A stretch of 57,394 nucleotides of DNA from Octopus bimaculoides (GCF_001194135.2 NC_068984.1:94325407-94382800), one strand, 5' to 3'; counted from the stretch's first letter, positions 37,659 through 50,917 are shown. Program-made: numbers and translations. Notes: generated by a model not told the origin, from the letters alone.

Positions 37659-39722
37659 TATTTTCACATTTTGCTCATTTGTGTACATAAATAAATATAA
37701 CAATAAGATTTTATTACCTAAATTCTTCTCATTACTGTCATTTCAAAAAACTATGAAAGTGCCAAATATCACTGGCACAAGTTAATAAACACAAAGAGAA
37801 AAAAAAAAAATGGAATGGGATACAAATGACCTAGGATAAACATTTTTTCTATGAAATATATTTATAAAAATATATTCTCACACTTTTATATTTACACTGG
37901 AAGTCAACATAATGTTTCATTTTTAATAAACTGCTGAACAGTGAAAACATCTTTACAATCCTTTCTAATAAAGTATTGCAAATATGTTTTTAAAAAGTTC
38001 AGCAAAATATTTTGATAGTTCAAGAACCGATTACAACATTATTATATGTAAACAACATGTCTCTACCTGCCCACCTCCAATTGGCACAGCATTTTCATGG
38101 AATGAATTAACTATGTTCATCAGGATTTTGTAATATCTACACTGATAAATGTAGGTGACAAGAATAATAGAGATATGTTTTTAGCAAATTATTATGACTA
38201 TTTCATGAAATTAATGGTAAACCTATGGGGTTATTTCTGAAAACTTTATCCAAAAAACCTGAAAGTGTAGCCTGTGTTGTGTCTATATGAAAAGATAGTC
38301 ACTCTACTACTCATTGAAAAATGAAAGAAATTGGAATATGATGATTATTTAATGCACTTTATATATACACTTTATGCACAATTTTATAGACTTAATACAC
38401 AGCACTCATAAAAAATTTCATTCTTATTTTTCCATTTTCACCATAAAGAAAAGAAAAATATCCCATACATATGATACAATCTTTTGTTAAATTGCATACA
38501 TCTGCCACATAAATAAGTGTGAATATTTCACAGAATTGCACTTATGTGCATGTGTTAAGTGATCGAGGATATAAGAAAGTTGGTTCAATTAAAAAAAAAA
38601 AATACACTTTTCATTATCCAATCACTGCTACCACCACCTCCATCTCCACTATCATCATCTCTTTCTTCCCTTCTCTCTCTCCCCTCCTCTCTCTCTTTCT
38701 GCTCTTATTTAACCTCACCATCAGAACATCACCCCTCTGCTAAAATTATATTCTGAACTCTCCTCCTCTATCTTCAACTAACTTTTTTAATCACATAATA
38801 AATATTACATTCCCCCTATCTCATGTCATGGATGCTTCTGTCTCCCACTTTCTGTCTCCCACTTTCTGTCTCACTCTTCACCTTATCCTATTATTCTCTT
38901 TCCCTTCAACTAGTCATGTGAAAGCGTTACAATTACATTCTCTCTACCTCACACCATGGATGTTTCTCTCTCCCTCTTTTTCAATCTCCCCCTTTTTCTC
39001 TAATCATGTGAAAACATTACTGGTAGGCTAAGTAACGCAATGACAAGCAGAATTATTGTAAGATTGGTATGCCAATATTACTGTTGTAGATAGAAGAATC
39101 TGAAATTGAAAAGTAACAGATATGTGACAAAACTTTATGCCTGTTTTTCTGCTTTTATTGATTCTGAAAATGTGTGCATGTAAATGTGGGTATGTTAGTC
39201 ACATAAAACCACCATGGAGAAATATTTGGAAATGAAAACTGATAACACATTATAATGTTATTTTGATACTGTTGCTGATAATGATAATAGTTTACCTCAA
39301 GGTAGAAGAAAATGTGGTCATATACTAATGTTTGGAGCATTCTCAAGAGATAAAAGTAAACATAGATTAAATGTTTATAAATAAAGGCAATGCTACAATA
39401 GCATACAACTGAAAACAGAATCAAAGACCTGAAATAGATGTATCACAAAGTTATAAACCAAAATGCAAATAGTAACATATGGTGAAATTATTTTTAAGTC
39501 ATACAAAACTAACAGATTTGTTTTTCTAAGCATTTGGACAGAAATACATTTAAAAGTAAATAGATTGTCATCTGTATGCATAATCCCTATTATATATTCT
39601 TTCATCCACCCATGTGAAATGTGATGCATGTATATACATATAATAAATAAATATATATACATATAGACACACACATGTATAGATACAAAAACACATACGC
39701 ACACACATATATATAAACACAT

Positions 39723-39777
<55 letters not shown>

Positions 39778-39998
39778 GAGTGTTAATGAGATTTTGTAAA
39801 GTAAGAGATTGCTCTTTCCAGAGATGTCTTACATCCTAGCTTCGTCCAGTTTATCCATATATCTGTTAATTCACTGGAATTTGTCTCCTTGCGTGAGTAT
39901 TAGTGTTTAATAGACACCAGTAATATACACATAATGGAGTTCCAGTAGTTCATATAAATGTTTCCATCTGATTCGATATATGCAAATATAAATTTAGT

Positions 39999-40383
39999 AA
40001 TATAAAGAAAACGGGGAGTTTGAATACCGCAAAATCAATTTATTTACACAACAGTCAATTACATAATGCCTACAACAATTTCAATATCCACCTTCATTTA
40101 TTATACAATTAATGATATAATTCATAATTGCATTATGAGTTCCAAAGAAATCTCTTCAGGGCCAAAATCGACATATTTATCTTTACACCCTAACAGATTG
40201 AGTGTTCAATATAGACTATAGATTTGGGCCCTGAAGAGTTTTCTGCTTTTGGAACTCTTAATGCAATTATTAATTGTATAATAAATAATGGTGGATATTG
40301 AAACAATCGTTGGCATTACATGATCAAAAGTTATGTAAATAAATTGATTTTGCTCTATTCAAACCTTCCATTTATTTTATATT
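39999..40383. repeat. Divergent inverted repeat, arms ~165 bp, 51-bp spacer
   Basis: 39999-40169 versus the reverse complement of 40221-40383; both arms start gattt.ggccctgaagag reading outward. Confidence 0.85.
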
Positions 40384-40491
40384 ATACTACTNNNNNNNNN
40401 NNNNNNNNNNNNNNNNNNNNNNNNNNNNNNNNNNNNNNNNNNNNNNNNNNNNNNNNNNNNNNNNNNNNNNNNNNNNNNNNNNNNNNNNNNN

Positions 40492-40526
40492 TCTTTAACC
40501 CGGGCAAAGCCGGGTATTTCTGCTAG
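40492..40526 (+). mobile_element. Helitron 3' terminus
   Basis: Hairpin ACCCGG-gcaaag-CCGGGT, then 7 nt, then CTAG|T. Confidence 0.85.
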
Positions 40527-41049
40527 TCTATAATATAATTAAGGGAGAGAGCTTACAATGTTTTCTGAATGTGGTGAGATAAATGTTTGTCAACGACCTT
40601 TTGTCAGAATTGAAATGATGTAGGTATGTCTACATATATATACAGGAAGTGAGCATGGGACGAGACAGGTAATCTCATTTACTTCCTGTTAATGAGCGAG
40701 GCAGGTAATCTCGTTTACTTCCTGTTAAAAAGGGGAGAGCTTGGCGTGGATAGTGCAAAACAAGAGAGGAGGCTGCATACGGATCGGACCGTTCACCACC
40801 TACCTTTGAACAATTGAGGACTGGACATGAAATTCTGTGGGTATTATACCTGTTGTTACATAATTTCATCTTTGAATATTAATTCCCTGTTTGTGCAATT
40901 TCTGATGTTGCAATCAGAAGTTTACCCCTTTTATACATAAGAATTTGCCTGATCGTAACAGTTCTCATTCCTAAGGCATTTTTTGATATTATTATTGTTA
41001 TTATTATTATTATTAGTCAAGACGAAGAGCACGATTCGATTGTAAGATA

Positions 41050-41459
41050 TTTTATTAGTTGAACGATATTTCAACAGTACGTCTGTCTTTGTCAAGTCCA
41101 AAATAAGAAGTGATAAAAATTCAAAATTACAGAAATTTAAATGTAAAGTGTGAACAAGAGCAACCAGCGTCCATATGTTGATGGAATGACATTATCAGTT
41201 TTTAAGTTACAATTTTATAACAGGCAGAAAGAAAAAAATAGAAAAAAGAAGACAAACAGAAAAAAAAAGGAAAGAAAAAGAGAGAAAGAAGAATATTCAA
41301 TCAAACAGTTTTGTATAAATTTGATGATATTCTCCTGTCATTTTATTCATTCCTCCAGGGCGTGATGTTAATAACCCGCAAACATATTTCTCCTCATACA
41401 TTCTGAGAAGTGAAAGTGGGGTAGATTCAGAATATTTTCTGAGAATATGCACTTTCAAA
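41050..41459 (-). mobile_element. Penelope-like 3' end (GIY-YIG C-terminus, U-rich UTR, HHR)
   Basis: LKVHILRKYSESTPLSLLRMYEEKYVCGLLTSRPGGMNKMTGEYHQIYTKLFD*. Confidence 0.7.
41060..41102 (-). ncRNA. Minimal hammerhead with U3-A8 variant core
   Basis: TTGGAC-TTGACAA-A-GACAG acgta CTGTT-GAA-ATAT-C-GTTCAA. Confidence 0.65.
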
Positions 41460-41562
41460 NNNNNNNNNNNNNNNNNNNNNNNNNNNNNNNNNNNNNNNNN
41501 NNNNNNNNNNNNNNNNNNNNNNNNNNNNNNNNNNNNNNNNNNNNNNNNNNNNNNNNNNNNNN

Positions 41563-42584
41563 GTGACAAGGGGCCTCTCACTCAGAGTAAAAGGCAGACT
41601 GTATGACGCATGTGTACAAACAGCCATGCTGCATGGCAGTAAAACATGGGCTGTGACTGCTGAGGACATGCGTAGGCTCGCAAGAAATGAAGCCAGTATT
41701 CTCTGATGGATGTGTAATGTCAGTGTGCATACTACACAGAGTGTAAGTACCTTGAGAGAAAAATTAGACATAAGAAGCATCAGTTGTGGTGTGCAAGAGA
41801 GACGATTGCACTGGTATAGACATGTGGCGAGAATGGATGAGGATAGCTGTGTGAAAAAGTGCCACACCCTAGCAGTTGAGGGAACCTGTGGAAGAGGTGG
41901 GCCCAGAAAGACCTGGGATGAGGTGGTGAGGCTATACCTTCGAACATTGGGCCTCACCGAGGCGATGACTTCTGACCGAGACCTTTGGAAATATGCTGTA
42001 CCTGAGAAGACCCGGCAAGCCAAGTGAGACCTAAATCCAAGGCCTCTGCCAGGGGTGTAGCCAGCTCACTTATGCGTACCTTCCTTCACTGGACACTAAA
42101 CTCTGCTTTCGAAGACCTGTTGAGGCAAATGAAATCGAAATCAAACTAAATTTGACGACTGGCACCCATGCCAATGTTGTCTCTTTCATTGGACACTAAA
42201 CTCGGCTTGCGAAGACCTGTCGGGACAAGCAAAAGCAAAATCATGATAGCAGCTGTGCCCAGCGTTGCCTTCCTGGCACGTGTAAAGACATTCGAGCGAG
42301 ACTGTTGCCAGTGCCACTAGACTGGCTCCTGTGTAGGTGGCACGTAAAATACACCATTTTGTGCATGGCCATTGCCAGTGCCGCCTGACTGGCCTTCGTG
42401 CCGGTGGCATGTAAAAGCAACCACTACACTCTAAGAGTGGTTAGTGTTAGGAAGGGCATCCAGCTGTAGAAACTCAGCCAAATCAGATTGGAGCCTGGTG
42501 TAGCCATCTGGTTCACCAGTCCTCAGTCAAATTGTCTAACCCATGCCAGCGTGGAAAGCGGACATTAAACTATGATGATGACGA
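41563..42584 (+). mobile_element. RTE LINE 3' fragment with full 3' UTR and (GAT)n tail
   Basis: ORF 41710-42027 (RLHWYRHVARM..GRGGPRKTW); tail gcggacattaaactatgatgatgac. Confidence 0.92.
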
Positions 42585-42626
42585 TCACTTCTTATTTTGA
42601 ACAGACTTACTGTTGAAATATCGTTC
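42585..42626 (+). repeat. Internally deleted copy of the 41060-41115 HHR region, opposite orientation
   Basis: tcacttcttattttg[deleted core]acagacttactgttgaaatatcgttca. Confidence 0.75.
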
Positions 42627-42639
42627 ACAAGCAAGGCTT

Positions 42640-45110
42640 ATTGTCGAATGGGGTGGTTATACCCGCTGGCATTGGCCATGGGCTATGGTCTCATTTGGCT
42701 TGTGTTTTCTCAAGCACAGCATATCTCCAAAGGTCCCGGTCACTTGTCATTGCCTCGGTAAGGCCCAATGTTCGAAGGTCATGCTTCACCACCTCATCCC
42801 AGGTCTTCCTGGGTCTACGTCTTTCACAGGTTCCCTCAACTGCTAGGGTGTGACACTTTGTCACACAGCTGTCCTCATTCATTCGCAACACATGACCACA
42901 CCACTTGCACACCACATTTAATGCTTCTTGAATCAAACTTTTCTCTCAGGGCACTTACACTCTATTGTGTAAGCACACTGACATTACACATCCCGTGTAG
43001 CATACTGGCTTCATTCCTTGCAAGCTTACGCATATCCTCAGAATTCACGGCCCATGTTTCACTGCCATGTAGCATGGCTGTTTGCACACATGCATCATAC
43101 AGTCTACCTTTTACTCTGAGCGAGAGGCTCTTTGTCACTAGCAGAGGTAGGAGTTCTCTGAACTTTGCCCAGGCTATTCTTATTCTAGCAGCTGCACTTT
43201 CAGAGCCTCCACCCCTGCTACTGACTTGGTCCCCTAGGTAATGAAAGCTATCAACTACTTCTAGTTTTTCTACCTGGAATGTGACAGAAGCTGTTCTCTG
43301 CACATTTTCAGAATTTATAGCACCTGAGCATTTGCCATATACAAAAACTATCTTCCCAGTTAAACCTCCCTTTGATATTGTTGCACCTCTTATGTGTCCA
43401 AAGCTTACACTGGGTACATCTTATGGAGTTTCTACCTACGCCTTTTCTACAAATCGAGTAGGGCCATCTACCTGAAGGGGTTTGTGGTTTGTCTGCCTTC
43501 CTACTTATTAAGACTTTGGTTTTAGTTAGGTTGACTCTAAGGCCCTTCGATTCTAGACCTTGCTTCCACACCTGAAACTTTTCCTCTAGTTCTGATAGTG
43601 ACTCAGCAATTAGTGCAAGGTCATCAGCATAGAGGAGCTTCCAGGGGCATCCTGTCTTGAATTCCTCTGTTATTGCTTGGAGGACTATGATGAATAAGCG
43701 GGGGCTGAGGACTGAACATTGGTGGACTCCTACCCCTACTCAGAATATTGCCAACCCTCACCTTACAGACAGCATCCCTGTACAAGGCTTGCATAGCTGT
43801 CACTAACCATTCATCTATCCCTAGTTTCCTCATTGACCACCAGATAAGGGATCGGGGGACCCTGTCAAAGGTTTTCTCCATGTCAACGAAAGCCAGGTAC
43901 AGAGGTTTATCTTTGGCTAGGTATTTCTCCTGCAGCTGTCTTACCAGAAATATAGCATCAGTGGTGCATTTCCCTGGCACGAACCCAAACTGCATCTCAT
44001 CTAAACTGACTCTCTCCCTAATTAGTTGGGCTATGACCCTCTCCATGACCTTCATTACCTGATCTAACAGCTTGATACCTCTGTAATTATTTGTATCGAA
44101 AGCGTCACCTTTACCTTTGTAGCAGTTGACTATGGTGCTGCTACACCAGTCAGTGGGTATGACTCCTTCATGTATCACCTGGTTAACTATATGGGTGACT
44201 AGGCTATAAGCTGACACCGCGAGATATTTTGAGCATCTCTGCTGTGATTCCTGATGGGCTGGGGGCTTTCCTTGTCTTGATACCCTTAATTGCGTTATCT
44301 ACCAATGTACTGTCAATTTGGATAGCTGGTCTCTCTGTTGCGCTGACATTCGGCAGACTTTCTTTCTTCCATTCATTCTCTTTATTGAGCAACCTTTCTT
44401 AGTGGCGTCTCAAAACGTCTCTCTTTGCAGCCTCATTTAATGCAAGTGAACCATCATCCATGCGAACACATTTCTGTCCTATGACATTACGATTCTCTCT
44501 CACACACTGTCTTGCAACACGAAATGCATCAAGTCTTTAATCCTCACGGTGCAGTACATTGGTAAATTTTTTCTTATCTGCTTCCCCTCTGGATAAATGA
44601 ACCTGTCACCTAGCTTCCCTTCTGGCAGTTTGATACAGTTCCCTTCCTAGAAAATCTTGTACCTGTGTTCTTTGCCTGTGAGGAACCGTGCGGAACCTCC
44701 TCCCCACCTTACTTCTTGGCAGCAGCACAAATCTACATGTCTCCATTCAAGCATCTCAACAATCTCACCAGACCTACCTTTCAGTTTGCCCACGTTGAGT
44801 GTGCCAACTCTGAGGGTGTGGGAGGCGTGGGCCCATGAGACCCTGGGATGGAGGACAGCAGTGTCATGTACCAAAAATGAAAGCTCGCATTTGATGGAAT
44901 TCATAAACGAACAACAAACAATCAATAGCCTTCAACCTGCATACACTACACCATCATTCTTATGTACTATATGATCACTACCTTGCATAGGAAATAAAAC
45001 CTAAGTGGGGGTGGGATGGCGTTTAGCCTTTAGAAGTGCTCATGGGAGACAACCAAAGGATGAGAGAGGATAGGGCCTTCTGGTACAGGTGGTGGGGGTG
45101 AGAGGGTGGG
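42640..45110 (-). mobile_element. RTE LINE with 5' end retained and most of the APE domain deleted
   Basis: LRVGTLNVGKLKGRSGE..QEVRW..RYKIF joined at ~44640 directly to the linker ELYQTARREA..KCVRMDDG; RT, PHD and C-terminus follow. Confidence 0.9.
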
Positions 45111-45504
45111 CATACCGCGAGATAGCAAAATTAGACAAGAGCATGTTTTGGATTCGTATTCTTTCGGACGTAGTTATTAAAATGGAGTAGGAGAACCCAA
45201 GTGCATGTGCTAGTTTATATAGGGTAGGATGATGGTGGTGGTGGAGGAGGGGGAAGTGTTGGCGAAGCAAGTGGTAATCGAAACAGAGAGAGAGACAGAG
45301 TGAGGCAGAGAGAGAGGGGGACAGAGATAGGGTAGTGAGGGATAGAACATGAGGGAGAAAAATATTCTTTTGGGATTTTGGGTAACAATTTAATGATACA
45401 GCAAACGCTGATAATAGTGAAATAATACATATATATACATATGCCACGATTGACCGCTAGCTCCAAAAGCTATTTTATTCTCTCTCTGTTTATTTCCTTG
45501 TGTT

Positions 45505-45541
45505 TCTTTCTGTTGAACAGCGTAGACTCAAAATGTAAAAG
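45505..45541 (+). ncRNA. Highly degenerate hammerhead-like motif in a repeat 3' end
   Basis: CTTT-CTGTTGA-A-CAGC gtag ACTC-AAA-ATGT-A-AAAG; needs about 4 back-mutations to be canonical. Confidence 0.3.
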
Positions 45542-45650
45542 ATTTTCTCACCTTCCCAAGCGATAAACTAACACACCTGTTTGCTGTTTATACACCTGTC
45601 TTCATCTTTTGTTTTTCTGTAAATTTCCACTATATATATATATATACATA

Positions 45651-45714
<64 letters not shown>

Positions 45715-46379
45715 NNNNNNNNNNNNNNNNNNNNNNNNNNNNNNNNNNNNNNNNNNNNNNNNNNNNNNNNNNNNNNNNNNNNNNNNNNNNNNNNNNNNNN
45801 NNNNNNNNNNNNNNNNNNNNNNNNNNNNNNNNNNNNNNNNNNNNNNNNNNNNNNNNNNNNNNNNNNNNNNNNNNNNNNNNNNNNNNNNNNNNNNNNNNNN
45901 NNNNNNNNNNNNNNNNNNNNNNNNNNNNNNNNNNNNNNNNNNNNNNNNNNNNNNNNNNNNNNNNNNNNNNNNNNNNNNNNNNNNNNNNNNNNNNNNNNNN
46001 NNNNNNNNNNNNNNNNNNNNNNNNNNNNNNNNNNNNNNNNNNNNNNNNNNNNNNNNNNNNNNNNNNNNNNNNNNNNNNNNNNNNNNNNNNNNNNNNNNNN
46101 NNNNNNNNNNNNNNNNNNNNNNNNNNNNNNNNNNNNNNNNNNNNNNNNNNNNNNNNNNNNNNNNNNNNNNNNNNNNNNNNNNNNNNNNNNNNNNNNNNNN
46201 NNNNNNNNNNNNNNNNNNNNNNNNNNNNNNNNNNNNNNNNNNNNNNNNNNNNNNNNNNNNNNNNNNNNNNNNNNNNNNNNNNNNNNNNNNNNNNNNNNNN
46301 NNNNNNNNNNNNNNNNNNNNNNNNNNNNNNNNNNNNNNNNNNNNNNNNNNNNNNNNNNNNNNNNNNNNNNNNNNNNNNC

Positions 46380-46680
46380 AAATGCTTCTTTTGTTTGTCT
46401 CCACACATATACTTGGCCATTGGTCGGAAATAAGGTAAAGGATGACTCATCTGAGAAAATAACATTCCTCCACTGCTCTAGGGACCAATTTTGTAGGTTT
46501 TTACTTCACTCTAAACGCTTTGCAACGTTTGTTTTTGAAAGTAGTGGTTTTCTGATTACAGCCCTCCCGTGAAATCTGGCTTAGGGCAGCTCCTGGCAAA
46601 CAGTTTTTGTGGAAACTGGGTTCTTGAGATAGTCATTACGCTCTGCAATAATTTTGGGAGCTGAACTTTTGTAATATACT
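46380..46680 (-). mobile_element. Tc1-family transposase fragment
   Basis: NPVSTKTV..RFHGRAVIRKPLLSKTNVAKRLE..QNWSLEQWRNVIFSDESSFTLF. Confidence 0.88.
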
Positions 46681-46693
46681 TTTCTGATATATA

Positions 46694-46820
46694 CAGGATA
46701 CCCACAAAGTCTAGCTACATGGAGTAAATAAAATCATAACATAAACAATTAAATATAAGAAATTATTATTTCTTAAAGTATGTGTTAATTCCCATGTACC
46801 CAGACTTTGTGGACACTCTG
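46694..46820. mobile_element. ~127-bp Tc1/mariner-type MITE with ~30-bp imperfect TIRs and TA flanks
   Basis: ta|caggatacccacaaagtctagctacatgga ... cccatgtacccagactttgtggacactctg|ta. Confidence 0.8.
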
Positions 46821-46824
46821 TATG

Positions 46825-46878
<54 letters not shown>

Positions 46879-47018
46879 TGTGTATATATATATATGTATA
46901 TTTATATATAATATATATATATATATATCTCTGTGTGTGTGTGTGTGTACATTTATATCTATATATATTAATATATATATACATACATATATATATATAT
47001 GTTAAAGTCTGTCATACC

Positions 47019-47058
47019 GGCCATGACAAAGGGAAATAGCCCTGAAACTCGAGTCGCC
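47019..47058 (+). ncRNA. Hammerhead-like motif with perfect palindromic stem III
   Basis: GGC-CATGACAA-AGGG aaatag CCCT-GAA-ACTCGAGT-C-GCC; the 5' core is non-canonical. Confidence 0.45.
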
Positions 47059-49170
47059 TTTATATATTTATATATATTTATATATATATATTTATATATT
47101 TGATCCTTTATATTGAACACTCAATATTTCATCTACATTCAATACTTTCTTTCATGGTGCCATCCATTTTTATTTTATTTTATTTTATATTGTATATTGT
47201 ATATTATATTATATATTGTATATTCCATATTCTATACCCCACATTAGTTCTGCAGGAATATAAATGAAACATAAAAAACAGACAGTGTTGNNNNNNNNNN
47301 NNNNNNNNNNNNNNNNNNNNNNNNNNNNNNNNNNNNNNNNNNNNNNNNNNNNNNNNNNNNNNNNNNNNNNNNNNNNNNNNNNNNNNNNNNNNNNNNNNNN
47401 NNNNNNNNNNNNNNNNNNNNNNNNNNNNNNNNNNNNNNNNNNNNNNNNNNNNNNNNNNNNNNNNNNNNNNNNNNNNNNNNNNNNNNNNNNNNNNNNNNNN
47501 NNNNNNNNNNNNNNNNNNNNNNNNNNNNNNNNNNNNNNNNNNNNNNNNNNNNNNNNNNNNNNNNNNNNNNNNNNNNNNNNNNNNNNNNNNNNNNNNNNNN
47601 NNNNNNNNNNNNNNNNNNNNNNNNNNNNNNNNNNNNNNNNNNNNNNNNNNNNNNNNNNNNNNNNNNNNNNNNNNNNNNNNNNNNNNNNNNNNNNNNNNNN
47701 NNNNNNNNNNNNNNNNNNNNNNNNNNNNNNNNNNNNNNNNNNNNNNNNNNNNNNNNNNNNNNNNNNNNNNNNNNNNNNNNNNNNNNNNNNNNNNNNNNNN
47801 NNNNNNNNNNNNNNNNNNNNNNNNNNNNNNNNNNNNNNNNNNNNNNNNNNNNNNNNNNNNNNNNNNNNNNNNNNNNNNNNNNNNNNNNNNNNNNNNNNNN
47901 NNNNNNNNNNNNNNNNNNNNNNNNNNNNNNNNNNNNNNNNNNNNNNNNNNNNNNNNNNNNNNNNNNNNNNNNNNNNNNNNNNNNNNNNNNNNNNNNNNNN
48001 NNNNNNNNNNNNNNNNNNNNNNNNNNNNNNNNNNNNNNNNNNNNNNNNNNNNNNNNNNNNNNNNNNNNNNNNNNNNNNNNNNNNNNNNNNNNNNNNNNNN
48101 NNNNNNNNNNNNNNNNNNNNNNNNNNNNNNNNNNNNNNNNNNNNNNNNNNNNNNNNNNNNNNNNNNNNNNNNNNNNNNNNNNNNNNNNNNNNNNNNNNNN
48201 NNNNNNNNNNNNNNNNNNNNNNNNNNNNNNNNNNNNNNNNNNNNNTATATATATTTAGTTTGCATTCGTATTTGGTTTCCAAGGTTCTTGATGTGAATTT
48301 GTATGTTTAAAGAAATGCTATTGATCTTTGGGAGGGGCATTATGTCAGTAATAATAAACACGTGCAGTGGTTCGGTCCTTTATTGTTATTGTTAGCTAAT
48401 GGGTTAGTTACTTCACTAACAAATTTATCTATCAGCCGTTTTTTACTAGTTTTTCTAAGTCATATTTCAAACACTTTGGTTAATCAGTAGTTCAAATGTT
48501 CACTATTGTTATCCAATTTTATCACATCATATACTCTAGGTGTGTGATTGTTCTTATTTGTGATGGTATTGTATTTCTCCAGTAGTTTACAGTTCAACAT
48601 CACAATTCCATCAATGTTGTTTGGGTATCTGCTTTTGTTTCTCGTGTGCTGTTGTGATTGTCATTGTTGTTTGATCCATTTCAATTTGTTGTTGAAGTAT
48701 TTGTTACAGGTTCAATTTAAGCAGTTGTGTATTACTGACCTTGTTATATACAGCATACTTTGGTGGTAATCTTAGGGCACATGTTTCGTTTTTCTCTCTT
48801 TGATGTTGATCAGTAGCGTGCACCTTAGTCCACCAGCTTGACCCTCTGTGAGCCTGAGTCGTCCTACGTGTATAGCTTGGAAGTGAAGCTGCTTGGTGGT
48901 TATTTTGATTTTTAGAATGCAGAACACAGTGTCCTTCAGCATCTTGCTAGCTTGGCTGGAGCTTATCATAGTTCGTATTTGTATTTGGTCTGCAAGATTC
49001 CTGATGCGAATTCATGTGTTGAAAGAAATACTATTGAACCTTGGGAGGGGCATTATGGCAGTAATAATAAACATACGCACTGGTTTGGTCTTTTATTGTT
49101 ATTGTTAGCTAATGGGTTAGTCACTTCGCTAACAAATTTATTGATCAGCCATTTTTTACTAGTTTTTCTA

Positions 49171-50917
49171 TCAGGTCATCCCATAAGTTTTGTCTGATTT
49201 TACATCATCATCATCATCATCATCGTTTAACGTCCGCTTTCCATGCTAGCATGGGTTGGACGATTTGACTGAGGACTGGTGAAACCGGATGGCAACACCA
49301 GGCTCCAGTCTGATTTGGCAGAGTTTCTACAGCTGGATGCCCTTCCTAACGCCAACCACTCAGAGAGTGTAGTGGGTGCTTTTACGTGTCACCTGCACGA
49401 AAACGGCCACGCTCGAAATGGTGTCTTTTATGTGCCACCNNNNNNNNNNNNNNNNNNNNNNNNNNNNNNNNNNNNNNNNNNNNNNNNNNNNNNNNNNNNN
49501 NNNNNNNNNNNNNNNNNNNNNNNNNNNNNNNNNNNNNNNNNNNNNNNNNNNNNNNNNNNNNNNNNNNNNNNNNNNNNNNNNNNNNNNNNNNNNNNNNNNN
49601 NNNNNNNNNNNNNNNNNNNNNNNNNNNNNNNNNNNNNNNNNNNNNNNNNNNNNNNNNNNNNNNNNAAAGGTCTCTGAATGAAATTTAATAGTATTTTAGA
49701 ATGTCTAATGGAATTAAAAATTATTTTTATGCATTTGTGTATATTTAAACTAATTAAATATTATTTTACAGAATAATAGAATTAAAATTTCTTTGATTAA
49801 AATCCTTTCTAACATGGAAGTATCCAAAGAGCATTTAAGGCACATAATGCTTTATGAGTACAAAAAAGGAAACTCTGCAGCTGAAGCGACTCGAAACATA
49901 CACTCAGTTTATGGGAAAGAATGCTTGAATGAAAGCACTTGCAGAAGATGGTTTGCAAAATTCAGAAGTAGAGATTTCAGCCTTGAAAATGAAGATCAAA
50001 CAGGACGTCAAGTTGAGTTTGATGATAAGATCCTTGAGGCATTACTTGAAGAAAATCCTGCATTATCAGTTGAAGAATTGGCAATAAAGCTTAGTTCAAA
50101 CCATACAACTGTTCATCGTCATCTTCAACAACTTGGAAAGGTTTCTAAATTTGGAAAATGGATGCCTCATGAATTGTCTGAAAGCAGCCGCAAATCCCGA
50201 GTTGACATCTGCTCTTCTCTCCATTCTTGTGAACTCATTTCACCCTTTTTGGATAGACTTGTGACTGGTGATGAAAAATGGATCTTCTATTGAAATGTTA
50301 AACGTTGTAAACAGTGGCTTGGTAAAAGTGAAAAAGCTCAACCACAACCGAGAAGGGACTTCATAGGAAAAAGGTTCTTTTCTCTATCTGATGGGATTGC
50401 AAATGAGCAATTCACTTTGAATTGTTACCACCTAATGCAACAATCAATGCTCAAGTCTACTGTCAGCAATTAGAGTGTCTGAACCACGTTTTAAAGAAAA
50501 AAAGATCCACTTAAGTGAATCGAAAAGGAGTGATGTTTCATCAGGACAATGCACGACCCCACACTGCAAATATCACATCACAAAAGATCGAAGAGCTTGG
50601 ATGGGAAAAAATTCCCCATCCACCTTATTCTCCCGACCTTGCTCCTTCAGACTACAATTTGTTTCGTAGTTTACAGAATCATTTGGGGGACATAACTTTC
50701 ACAAGCCAGGAGGAGGTCGAAATTGTCATTTCAGAGTTATTTGCTTTGAAACCAAAAGAGTTTTACATTGATGGGATTAAAAAGCTTGTAAATAGATGGA
50801 AGGAAGTCATATATAATCAAGGAAAGTTACATTGATGATTAAATTTCAATTAAATATCACATTTGATCACTTGTTTTCTTTATTCAAATTTCGGACAGAA
50901 CTTATGGGATGACCTGA
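49171..50917 (+). mobile_element. mariner (DD34D) element, same family as 13956-15313
   Basis: Both TIRs present; ATG at 49814 (MEVSKEHLRH..GDEKW*); HQDNARPH-x-HPPYSPDLAPSDY with 34 residues between D2 and D3. Confidence 0.95.
49203..49439 (-). mobile_element. RTE 3' UTR and tail inserted just inside the mariner left TIR
   Basis: (cat)n-cgtttaacgtccgctttccatgctagc is identical in type to 8822 onward. Confidence 0.9.

Noticed and set aside
45568-48361. Long ORFs of 258-385 aa
   Set aside because: They consist of N-gap and microsatellite translations.
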